From an uncultured virus (IMG/VR IMGVR_UViG_3300028840_003267) (lineage: Duplodnaviria; Heunggongvirae; Uroviricota; Caudoviricetes): DNA of 20,000 nt. The notes under the pieces were generated by a model, which saw only the letters and a list, made by a program, of their open reading frames with translations, was not told where the DNA came from and searched no databases. The stretch lies in IMG/VR virus record IMGVR_UViG_3300028840_003267; one strand, 5' to 3'. Each line of letters starts with the position of its first letter. The stretch's first letter is position 1. The translations under genes were made by a program, and so were the position numbers. Shown here piece after piece: positions 8,600 to 16,513 of this stretch.

Positions 8600-10149
8600 T
8601 AGACGTCATCAGCATCGTAGGCGATGACGCAGAGAACATCGTTGACCTTTACGGAGAACTCAAACATGAGCTGCCCGTTGACCAAGGAGGTTCCTGGGTA
8701 GTAGTCGTTGTTTGCCGCAGCGTCTGCGCCTGGACGGAGAAGCTCACCATTCAGATAGGTGTCATAGTCCGTCAGGAAGGCACCTGCCGACATGTCAGGG
8801 AGCTGCGCGTCGAGGTTTGCGCCACCACCAACACCACCAACGTCGTTGTTCGCGGCTGTCGTGGATGTACAGTTGGCGTAGACCTTGGTTCGTCTCGTTC
8901 CAGTCTTGGACGCTTGCACGATGGCGTTGAAGAGCGAGACTTCACCACCGAAGGCTACTTCGTAGGCGTCCCATTCTGCCGTCGTCTCAGTCAGCTTGAC
9001 GTCAGCAGCCCATGTTGAACCTGTGCGGTTCCCATCGTCGAAGCGCAGCTCTTGAGTACCGTCGATAATCAGGTCGGCTGCACCGTTGGTCTCGATACGA
9101 CCCGCGTTGACACCGATGTCGATCTGAGTCGTTCCGGAAGCCACTTGGACACCAGAAGCGAAGTCGACGTCAATCGCATCGTTGTCGTAGAGGTCCGTGT
9201 CGGGACCGATTGTGACCTCACTCGAACCACCCGCCGAACCTTCTGTGATTTGGAAGAGGACTGCTTCTGCGTCATCTCTGATGACCCATGTCAGGCCAGC
9301 ACCTTCCAAGTCGAGGATAGAGTTGGTGATCACGTCGACCGGAGTTGCACCCTGGTTGGTGTAGACGGTCTGACGAGTAGCAGTAGTTCCCGCGATGTCA
9401 TCGATGAAGGCTCCGCTGAGGTACGCATCTTCCGGGATGTTGTCGAAGGCGACTCGTCGGACGTAGGAGTAGTTGATCGTCTGACCACCAATGTCGCCAG
9501 CAGGGCACTGCTCCAAGTCGTCTGCGGTGGCGTTGTTACGCACGAAGGAGATCTGGACACGCTGAGCGACATCGTTGAAGGTCTGCCCATCTACGTTCGC
9601 TTCGCATTGGAGGAGACCGTAGATAGTACGACCAGAGGAGAGAATCGGGTCTCCTGTCGTGCCATCTCGAATTTCCAAGAGGTTCTTGGGGTGAAGGGCG
9701 TCACTGCCTGCTACCTCTACAAGAGACGCAGCAGGGAAGCCAGCGTCGAACGCGACGACAGCACCCTCTGTGGTGACCGCACCGACAGCACCGACCTGAG
9801 ACGGCGTTTCAGAGCCAGCGACCGAGAGGACTACGTAGGCTTGGGCAGCAGGTACTGCTATGTCCGTGAGGATCTGCGCACGGAAGAGGAGGCGCTTCTC
9901 TTCGATGTCGTCAAGGTCGACGTTCAGAGCTGCGATACCTCTCTTTTTCGCGTTCGCTGTCTGGTTGTCATCATACCAGTTTCCAGCCGCGTCTGCCCAT
10001 GTGTGGCGTTTCAACTGCGAGCGGATCGCGTTGAGATCTGCTTCAACCTCTGTTGGGGCAGTCTCCATAGTCACGCCAGCAGCTACGGTGTCGTCGTAAA
10101 CGTCCGAATTTCGGATTTGTGTGTCTTGTCGGATGAATGTTCTAGCCAT
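8599..10149 (-). CDS. Abundant-type virion structural protein (516 aa, acidic, Ala/Gly/Asp-rich)
   Basis: Long ORF with strong C-ending codon bias. C-terminal YLNGELLRPG...NDY...F...VNDVL beta module. Confidence 0.7.
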   Translation of the reverse strand: MARTFIRQDTQIRNSDVYDDTVAAGVTMETAPTEVEADLNAIRSQLKRHTWADAAGNWYDDNQTANAKKRGIAALNVDLDDIEEKRLLFRAQILTDIAVPAAQAYVVLSVAGSETPSQVGAVGAVTTEGAVVAFDAGFPAASLVEVAGSDALHPKNLLEIRDGTTGDPILSSGRTIYGLLQCEANVDGQTFNDVAQRVQISFVRNNATADDLEQCPAGDIGGQTINYSYVRRVAFDNIPEDAYLSGAFIDDIAGTTATRQTVYTNQGATPVDVITNSILDLEGAGLTWVIRDDAEAVLFQITEGSAGGSSEVTIGPDTDLYDNDAIDVDFASGVQVASGTTQIDIGVNAGRIETNGAADLIIDGTQELRFDDGNRTGSTWAADVKLTETTAEWDAYEVAFGGEVSLFNAIVQASKTGTRRTKVYANCTSTTAANNDVGGVGGGANLDAQLPDMSAGAFLTDYDTYLNGELLRPGADAAANNDYYPGTSLVNGQLMFEFSVKVNDVLCVIAYDADDV

Positions 10150-10215
10150 TATAGCCCCTTCTACGAAGCGAAAGCACGTTCATTATAAGAATAACCTTGG
10201 ACAATCCCTCGCATT

Positions 10216-10752
10216 TTAAGGGGCTGGCGTGAAGTCAAGCCACAGCTTGTCACCAGTCTTAGGTGTAAAGTTCGTAGATATCAAATCATAACCAGTTCCT
10301 GGAGCTGACTCGGAGACGATATAGTCGTTTCCAGCACCCTCTTCGAGCCGCACTCCGTTGTAGAGAAGTACCTCTGTGTCTGGGTTAGCGTGGATGAACT
10401 TCGTCGGTGAGGTGAAGTTCGTATTCACCCCGTCTATGACTCCTACAACAGGTTGATTGTAGTAGCGATTCCCAGAAGGTGCTGGACCTCCTGCACCATC
10501 TGGATAGGCCCAAAGATTGAGAATCTGCTCGTAGTTGAGGACGACATCGTTGATAACAACTGAGAGTCGACCTTCCTTGAAGAGCTTGGCCAACCTATTA
10601 CAGTAGGCAGGTGTCTCCTGGAAGATGAAGTGAGAGAAGGGTGTAATCGTCTTTGGGGCGAGATACTTCCCTGCCAACTGCACTTTCGCAAGCGTGCGGT
10701 TGTAGACTTCTACAACGAGATAGCAGTCTTTGTCGTAAGTGCAGGTAGCCAT
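10216..10752 (-). CDS. Putative virion protein with G..DG.N..F / NGVRL..G..NDY beta module (178 aa)
   Basis: GVIDGVNTNFT...LLYNGVRLEEGAGNDYIVSE...TPKTGDKLWLDF is a recurrent module in large-phage tail/baseplate proteins. Confidence 0.65.
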   Translation of the reverse strand: MATCTYDKDCYLVVEVYNRTLAKVQLAGKYLAPKTITPFSHFIFQETPAYCNRLAKLFKEGRLSVVINDVVLNYEQILNLWAYPDGAGGPAPSGNRYYNQPVVGVIDGVNTNFTSPTKFIHANPDTEVLLYNGVRLEEGAGNDYIVSESAPGTGYDLISTNFTPKTGDKLWLDFTPAP

Positions 10753-10783
10753 TCAGATTGGTGCTCTCCAATCTGAAATAACC
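10752..10783 (-). promoter_or_regulatory. GGTTAT motif plus perfect 10-bp hairpin over the translation initiation region
   Basis: Minus strand: GGTTAT-TTCAGATTGG-AGAGCA-CCAATCTGAA-TG. The last stem base is the A of AUG. Confidence 0.65.
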
Positions 10784-10798
10784 TCTGTGAGCGAAAAG

Positions 10799-11278
10799 TT
10801 AGGGTCTGCGAAGCGGTTCTACTTCCAGGCTGACTTGGTAGGGAGGGAAACACTGGATGATTCTGGTAAGGAACTCATACAGGTCGAAGGCGTCGTCGTG
10901 GGCGTAGAGGATACCGCTAGCCACTACCCCTTTGTCTGAAGAATACAGGGAGACATGACAGCAGGGAGATGTGAGGTTACAAAGACCCTCCATCCCAGAG
11001 GACCAGCTAATCTCGAAGTCTTCCATTCTTGTAGTGTCATTCGCGGATTTGTCGAGCGCGAGGTAGAGACAGGAGTTTTTCCAGTCTCGGAGAGCCTGTC
11101 CTGTAATGGCTTTATCAGGGATAAGTGGAGGAAATGCCAAGCTAAAGCTGACTCCTAAGATGTCCTCTTCTTGAAAGAGCGCTTGAACGTCAAGTCCTCT
11201 CTGAATGTCGCCTTTCATAGTGGCATCGACATCCCAATCGATCTTAATCTCAGTCGAGACTGTTCCTTTGGTGCTCAT
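10799..11278 (-). CDS. Hypothetical protein (159 aa)
   Basis: ORF fills the gap between neighbours; AAAGGA SD upstream; no family recognised. Confidence 0.65.
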   Translation of the reverse strand: MSTKGTVSTEIKIDWDVDATMKGDIQRGLDVQALFQEEDILGVSFSLAFPPLIPDKAITGQALRDWKNSCLYLALDKSANDTTRMEDFEISWSSGMEGLCNLTSPCCHVSLYSSDKGVVASGILYAHDDAFDLYEFLTRIIQCFPPYQVSLEVEPLRRP

Positions 11279-11312
11279 GGTAGAATCCTTTCTACCATAC
11301 TTTGACTAGATT
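11277..11312 (-). promoter_or_regulatory. TCTAGTCAAAGT motif plus perfect 9-bp hairpin with SD in the loop and AUG in the stem
   Basis: Minus strand: AATCTAGTCAAAGT-ATGGTAGAA-AGGA-TTCTACCAT-G. Confidence 0.65.
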
Positions 11313-11766
11313 ACTGAAGGAGGGAGAGGGCACATTGAGGACCGAGACCGCGAGACACGCTTCCAGGGACAGTCAGGCGTCGTCCGCACTTTCCACAGCG
11401 ACCTTCATGGAACACCTTGGCGGTTCCCAATTTCGCTGTGAAGTTAGCCACATCGGCACGACGGAGAACCCAGATGAAGGACTGCAAAAGGGAATGGTTC
11501 GGTTCATAGGCGGCGTTCCCCTTGAAGTAGACACGCCTTTCCGAAGGGTCTCCAACGATGTAGCCGATGTTCCTGTAATTGGTGTTGTTGTCAGGACCTA
11601 CAAGAACCATCACCGTCCAGATCGGCTTGTCGTAGCCTTCGCCTTGAACCTTGACTACCTTGAAGGTCCTGTGGAGACCAGAGGGTGATTCAACAGTGAA
11701 GATCGCCTTGCCTGCGAAGATGAAAGCCCACACTGCGTCTGCCGGAAGCTGTCCTCTGTCACTCAT
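11311..11766 (-). CDS. DUF6011 zinc-ribbon domain protein (start revised to MSDRGQ...)
   Basis: C-terminal HEGRCGKCGRRLTVPGSVSRGLGPQCA matches DUF6011 by eye. N-terminal FIFAGKAIFTVES..G.H.TFKV and VLVGPDN..NY..IG are typical of the phage family. GGAGG SD at 11772-11776 supports the 11766 start. Confidence 0.85.
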   Translation of the reverse strand: MSDRGQLPADAVWAFIFAGKAIFTVESPSGLHRTFKVVKVQGEGYDKPIWTVMVLVGPDNNTNYRNIGYIVGDPSERRVYFKGNAAYEPNHSLLQSFIWVLRRADVANFTAKLGTAKVFHEGRCGKCGRRLTVPGSVSRGLGPQCALSLLQ

Positions 11767-11786
11767 GCTGCCCTCCAACCTCTTCC

Positions 11787-11823
11787 TTTGTCTCATATAT
11801 TGAAGACGTTGTCAAGGTAAAAA
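11787..11823 (-). promoter_or_regulatory. Candidate sigma70-type (early) promoter for the DUF6011 gene
   Basis: Perfect TTGACA (11810-11815) preceded by a T-tract. The -10 at 17-nt spacing is poor (TGA-GACAAA), so the call is uncertain. Confidence 0.35.
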
Positions 11824-11866
11824 GTAGGGAGGGAGAGGAGGAGAGATCTGTGGGGGATTCTTGTAG

Positions 11867-12307
11867 CTACTTACATGTAGGTATTGAGGAGATGTCCCCC
11901 TCAAACTGCTGGAGGTCTACAATGACCGCGTAGGCGTCGTACCGCTTCAATAAGATGAGACGATGCTCGATCGGCAAGATCCAGTATCCTGGGTTGTGAG
12001 GGGTGATAACAACCAATCCCTCTTCGGATTCGATATCGTAGGTGCCAGGAATCAGCGTTCTGAACTCGTTGTCGTAGACCTTATGCAGAGGATGAACAAG
12101 GAAGCAGCCTTTCATCGCTCTCCCGAATTCATGAACGATTTTCACCTTCCAGAATTCCCCATCTGTAGGCAGCCGCTTGCCGCAGTCCGGTTTCCACCGC
12201 CGGTCAATGACCGAGATCTTCTGAAGGGTTCGGCTGATGACTTCGTTTTTGTTGTCGCTGCTAGGGTTTGGGTTGGTGTAGAACTTACAGATCGTAATCG
12301 CAGACAT
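11867..12307 (-). CDS. Hypothetical protein (146 aa; start revised to MSAITICK...)
   Basis: The track start at 12424 overlaps the upstream gene. AGGAG SD lies just upstream of the ATG at 12307. Beta-rich; no family recognised. Confidence 0.7.
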   Translation of the reverse strand: MSAITICKFYTNPNPSSDNKNEVISRTLQKISVIDRRWKPDCGKRLPTDGEFWKVKIVHEFGRAMKGCFLVHPLHKVYDNEFRTLIPGTYDIESEEGLVVITPHNPGYWILPIEHRLILLKRYDAYAVIVDLQQFEGDISSIPTCK

Positions 12308-12356
12308 GTCTAAAGCTCCTAAAACGTTTAGTTTATCTAATGAAGTTTCGTTCGGA

Positions 12357-13256
12357 CTATGGAGTTGGGTTAAACTGCACCTCCACCCATTCGAGGAGGA
12401 TAGTGTCGGCACCGTCCCCTTCAACTACCAACTGAGCACTGAATGTCTCTCCTTCTGTGAACGTAAAGCCCGCTGTGTCCAAAGTTACAGTAGTGACTTC
12501 CCAGGCTCCTGTTCCCACCACGACGGTTGTTCCTACAAGAGTCCCTGCCGTATCATATACAGATACCGTGATATCTGTCCCAAGGGTGGTTGGTGTGTTG
12601 TGCCTGAAGACCACCGCAACAGGAGGGTTGGCTTTGGAGAGGAGGGAGAAATAGAAGGTTGCGGTCTGCTGTACCGGAGTTCCAGCGATGACGTTGATTT
12701 CTTCTCTGGTGTGGGGAACAGGCAATGCGGAATAGGTTGCCTCGGAAGAGATCCAAGTAGCATTTGAGAGCACCTTCACCGCTTGAAGAGGGGACATGAA
12801 CTTTACGGGAGAGAAGTCTACTGCTGTAGCTCCAAAGGCGTCAAAAGAGCCCCTTGGGGCAGGAACGATCATGTCATCCGTGACAGGAACACCACCTCCA
12901 GGATAGTGCACCCACCCCAAGATGGTGGAGTCAGCATAGGTCTGTAAGAATCCAGAGACAGCACTGTAGGTGGCTCCAGCGCCTCCAAAGAGCTGTTCAT
13001 CTACATGAGTACAGACGAGCGTGAAGTCTTCGGCTCCTCCAGCGAAGGTCAACGGAATGTTGACAGCGCTTGACTCCTGCACGATGATTCCGTTTGGCAG
13101 GAGAAGGGATCCAGGAGCTGCCCCTACAGACGAAACGGTAGCAACAGAAAGCTCGTATCCTTCGTAGACGAGGGCTGGAAGCAGCGTCTCCATAGCCGTC
13201 TTCATCTTGGCTTGGGTCAGCGTATCTCCGTAGTTGAAAATGCGTGTCTGAGCCAT
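12357..13256 (-). CDS. Putative baseplate/receptor-binding protein (299 aa)
   Basis: N-terminal FNYGDTLT...VYEGYELSV....VGAAPGSLLLPNGIIVQE resembles baseplate-attachment domains. C-terminal jelly-roll-like region. GAGGT SD. Confidence 0.6.
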   Translation of the reverse strand: MAQTRIFNYGDTLTQAKMKTAMETLLPALVYEGYELSVATVSSVGAAPGSLLLPNGIIVQESSAVNIPLTFAGGAEDFTLVCTHVDEQLFGGAGATYSAVSGFLQTYADSTILGWVHYPGGGVPVTDDMIVPAPRGSFDAFGATAVDFSPVKFMSPLQAVKVLSNATWISSEATYSALPVPHTREEINVIAGTPVQQTATFYFSLLSKANPPVAVVFRHNTPTTLGTDITVSVYDTAGTLVGTTVVVGTGAWEVTTVTLDTAGFTFTEGETFSAQLVVEGDGADTILLEWVEVQFNPTP

Positions 13257-13275
13257 AACGCGTAACCTCGCTTAC

Positions 13276-15999
13276 TTAGGGGCGACTCCAGTGAATGATA
13301 CCGATCCCTAGAGCATTGCTTTCTTCATCCCCATCGGGGTTCAGCCGCACCTGAATCTTGTTGATTGTAGTGGGAATATTGATCGTGTGCGGACCAACAG
13401 GAGCTGGTGCAGGAAGCCAGAGGGACCAAACTCCTGTAGTAGAGTCCGCATAGCGGTACTCCAATGTGATGCTTGCCTCATTGTCAGCCCCAAAGATGAC
13501 GACCCGAAGTCTGTTATTGGAGCCAGACTCCCCTTCTACTGGAATCGGTCGAGAAACATAGGTATCTCTGACACCTAGTCCGTCAACATCCTTGCTGAGT
13601 GTCGACTGTGTACCATCCATCCAGAGAGGGCTTCTGAAGTCCTCTGCGATGTAGCCACCAAGAGTCCAGGCTGCTCCTGTAGTCGAGACAACGTCTTCCT
13701 GGTAGGTGACCTCTGTGGCTGCCATGTACGGAGGGAGTAGGTCTGGAATCCATACCCCAAGAGCAACATAAGATACCTCAATGTAATAGTCATGGGCATT
13801 TTGGTCAACAGCAGCAGGAGCTGTGTTCATAATAGCCCAATAATCCGGGGTAGTCCACGGTGTAAACGCGGGAGGAGCTGGAGCTGGGGTGGGGCCAGCC
13901 GTGGCATTGCCGACAGCCAACGGAAGACGGAATCCTGTCACACTGTCCTGTTCCCACGGACTGATACCGAAGCGTGCGGTTCCAGTTCCAGTACCATAGA
14001 GCCAGTAGGGGACTCTGATCTGAAGAATTTCACAGACAGGAGGGAGGGATGGTCCCAAAGGAATACGAAGATTTGTGAGTGCGGTCTGTGATGGGTCTGT
14101 CCGCATCATGATCGCTTGAGACTGGAGTAGTGCCCCGGTGAACCCCTGTTCCCATACTCCCAGTTCGACACCGTGCGGTCGGTCCTCAAAGTATAGGTGT
14201 GGGTTGATAGTTACGGTCCCCACCTCAGAGATGATCGCTACTTCGCCTGCCAGGTCTTTCTGAACCTCCACAGCAGCCAACAGAGGCGTCTTCGTTGGGT
14301 TTTCAGCGATGGTATTGACAGGGCGCATGTCAACGAGGTCAAGGATCTGTGTCCCATCCCAGAAGCAGTCGAACAACGGGAGAACGTCAGCCATGATGGA
14401 AGACGTCACAGGGTTCTGTTCCATCCACATCATGACGGCTGAGTTCGGTCCATCAGCGACTCGATTGACGACCTGCCATTGTGTGATCTCAGTGAAGGAG
14501 AGAGTCGTCTCTCGGAACTGATTGGGATTCTCTGATGCCGCTCCTGGGAGGTTCTCTTCCCACGTCAAATCGAAGATAACGTTCTCTGAGATGGTAACTC
14601 CAGACTCATCCTTGCCTGTGAGCTTCAACTCGACAATCAAAGTCGGGGGGACAGGACCAGAAGTAGCCCCTGTGAGCGCAACTTTGAGCTTTCCAGGACC
14701 CCAAGGGGCGATGACGAAGGGCTCGATAGCGGTGCCTACATCATCTAATTTCTTCGTACAGAAGACTACCTGGTCACGTTTCCGAACTGTCTTGGTGGCG
14801 TCAATGAAGGTGTGGTAGCGCTTTGGAATACCTCCAGCATCCACGAAGTCCAGGGTCTCGTCGTCGAGATCTGTGATCTGGAGCCCTCCTGCGATGAGCG
14901 CTTGGCGTGCAGGGGCGTTGCTAACCTCCAGATTGCTTTGTGGAACGGTGATGACCGGATGTCCAGTCTGGACCCACGTATAGTGAATCTTGAGGTCTTT
15001 GGTGTTCGGAGCTGTTCCGTCGGAGAACTTCTCCGAGGGACGGAAGTACAGAATGCGTGTGCCAGGTACTACATCGCCTGCTAGCTCTTCAAGCTCTGTC
15101 GCATTGTCCGTGATGCGAACGATCGTCGAGGGGTAGTAGAGCAGAGTGACGTAGTAGGAATTGACGATACCGGTGATAGCTCCTGTGACATCGATAGCGA
15201 TGCTTCCGGTAAGCACAATTTGCTCGCACTCGACTCCAGGGACCTTGGCATAGTCCTCATCTTCTGCGACCACGACACCGTAGTCCAAGAGGAGCTGCCA
15301 GAGCGTCAAGTCCCCAGCTACCATATCGTTGATTTGCAAACCGTGTGGGTTGTGCTCTGTTGTAGTTCCAGTTCCTACCTGTGTCCGGTGTGCGATGTCA
15401 ACCGGAGAGAACCATTTGCGGTTCCAGGTGTAGGAGTTCTGAGTCATGTCGATAGACAGCTCGTAGCCGCCCGTAGAGATGGGTTGAACTGTGACAACAG
15501 CGAGGGCAACAAACGATTCTCGCTCCACAGATGTGAAGGCGAGCCAATCGGAGAGAGTTGCTACTTGAAGGAGATCCTCATCATCTGGAGTGTTGTACCG
15601 GCTTGGTACCAGGACGTCGTAATCGTCTAGTTTGATCTTGTCCGCTTCCTCGAAGGAACGGAGGTAGACGACATTGATTGCTCCCGACCCGGTGTCCGCT
15701 AGAGAACGTTGGGCTTGAGCAGCGGTGAGAACAATGCGTTCTCCTGTCTGAGTGACCGCGATACCAGAGAGGACGTCGATGGTGAGCGGTTGGGCGCTAT
15801 TGGCCCGAACCACAAGCGGTCTGGTGTCGGAGACTTGAGCCGAAGCTGGTTTCTCATCGTCTACAACACCCCACCAGGCTGAGGAGTAACTGGCTCCGAA
15901 GATGAGCCTGAGCCGCTCAAGAAACTCTTCGGTATAGACAGCTTGCAGAAATTCAAGGTCTTCAAGACTTTGGGGCGCTTCCCAATTCAGTCGACGCAT
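13276..15999 (-). CDS. Large baseplate/tail-fibre-like structural protein (907 aa)
   Basis: N-terminus RLNW..PQSLEDLEFLQ..Y...WGVV...LVV...IDVLSGIAVTQTGERIVL resembles the Afp13/DUF6519-like N-terminal motif. H-x11-NPHG fibre motif; beta-rich remainder. Confidence 0.65.
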   Translation of the reverse strand: MRRLNWEAPQSLEDLEFLQAVYTEEFLERLRLIFGASYSSAWWGVVDDEKPASAQVSDTRPLVVRANSAQPLTIDVLSGIAVTQTGERIVLTAAQAQRSLADTGSGAINVVYLRSFEEADKIKLDDYDVLVPSRYNTPDDEDLLQVATLSDWLAFTSVERESFVALAVVTVQPISTGGYELSIDMTQNSYTWNRKWFSPVDIAHRTQVGTGTTTEHNPHGLQINDMVAGDLTLWQLLLDYGVVVAEDEDYAKVPGVECEQIVLTGSIAIDVTGAITGIVNSYYVTLLYYPSTIVRITDNATELEELAGDVVPGTRILYFRPSEKFSDGTAPNTKDLKIHYTWVQTGHPVITVPQSNLEVSNAPARQALIAGGLQITDLDDETLDFVDAGGIPKRYHTFIDATKTVRKRDQVVFCTKKLDDVGTAIEPFVIAPWGPGKLKVALTGATSGPVPPTLIVELKLTGKDESGVTISENVIFDLTWEENLPGAASENPNQFRETTLSFTEITQWQVVNRVADGPNSAVMMWMEQNPVTSSIMADVLPLFDCFWDGTQILDLVDMRPVNTIAENPTKTPLLAAVEVQKDLAGEVAIISEVGTVTINPHLYFEDRPHGVELGVWEQGFTGALLQSQAIMMRTDPSQTALTNLRIPLGPSLPPVCEILQIRVPYWLYGTGTGTARFGISPWEQDSVTGFRLPLAVGNATAGPTPAPAPPAFTPWTTPDYWAIMNTAPAAVDQNAHDYYIEVSYVALGVWIPDLLPPYMAATEVTYQEDVVSTTGAAWTLGGYIAEDFRSPLWMDGTQSTLSKDVDGLGVRDTYVSRPIPVEGESGSNNRLRVVIFGADNEASITLEYRYADSTTGVWSLWLPAPAPVGPHTINIPTTINKIQVRLNPDGDEESNALGIGIIHWSRP

Positions 16000-16102
16000 G
16001 GTGTCACCGTTCTATTAATGGACGTCACTCTATACTAAACATAACCGCGCAGGGGTGGTAAGATCGCGTAGGAAGGAGTGAAATGCACTATCGAGGTCAC
16101 TT

Positions 16103-16504
16103 TTAGCGCAAAACCTCGGCGAGAGATTGGACAACCTGTCCGAGGAGAATCTTGAAGTTCGGGTCTTCTCCTAGATAGACGGTGTTGTCGGGAGTTTTGA
16201 CCGCGACTCTTGTAGACTCGTCCTCTTGAGGGACAAAGGAGACCTGAACGTCTCGACCCCAGGAAGCGCCGTTCGGAATGAGACGGACGATGTACCCTTC
16301 AAGAGTCGTGACTCCTGCTTCCCGTTTCAACGCGCCAGAGAGAATCTGGACGTAGGAAGCCAAACTCACTCCATCTGTGAAGTGCTTCTTCTCTTCTCCA
16401 GGAGCGACCCGAAGAGATAGAAACCCGCTCTTCAAGAATGTATCGGACAACCGGCGTACTTGCTGAAGTGTCCTATCTTCTTCACTGAAGGTTTTGTCAG
16501 TCAT
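16103..16504 (-). CDS. Hypothetical protein (133 aa)
   Basis: ORF 9 nt downstream of the previous stop with TAAGG SD; no family recognised. Confidence 0.65.
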   Translation of the reverse strand: MTDKTFSEEDRTLQQVRRLSDTFLKSGFLSLRVAPGEEKKHFTDGVSLASYVQILSGALKREAGVTTLEGYIVRLIPNGASWGRDVQVSFVPQEDESTRVAVKTPDNTVYLGEDPNFKILLGQVVQSLAEVLR

Positions 16505-16513
16505 TATGCTGCC

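Noticed and set aside
9052..10188. 378-aa plus-strand ORF antisense to the 516-aa gene
   Set aside because: Explained by the strong codon bias of the sense gene (few TTA/CTA/TCA codons, so few antisense stops). TTG start, no recognisable domain.
10182..10215. Canonical sigma70 promoter at TATAAT (10182-10187)
   Set aside because: No -35 at 16-18 nt spacing (TTGTCC is only 11 nt away). Retained only as part of the GGTTAT motif set.
11302..11688. 128-aa plus-strand ORF and the many other short plus-strand ORFs in the track
   Set aside because: They lie essentially within the antisense of well-supported minus-strand genes and show no motifs.
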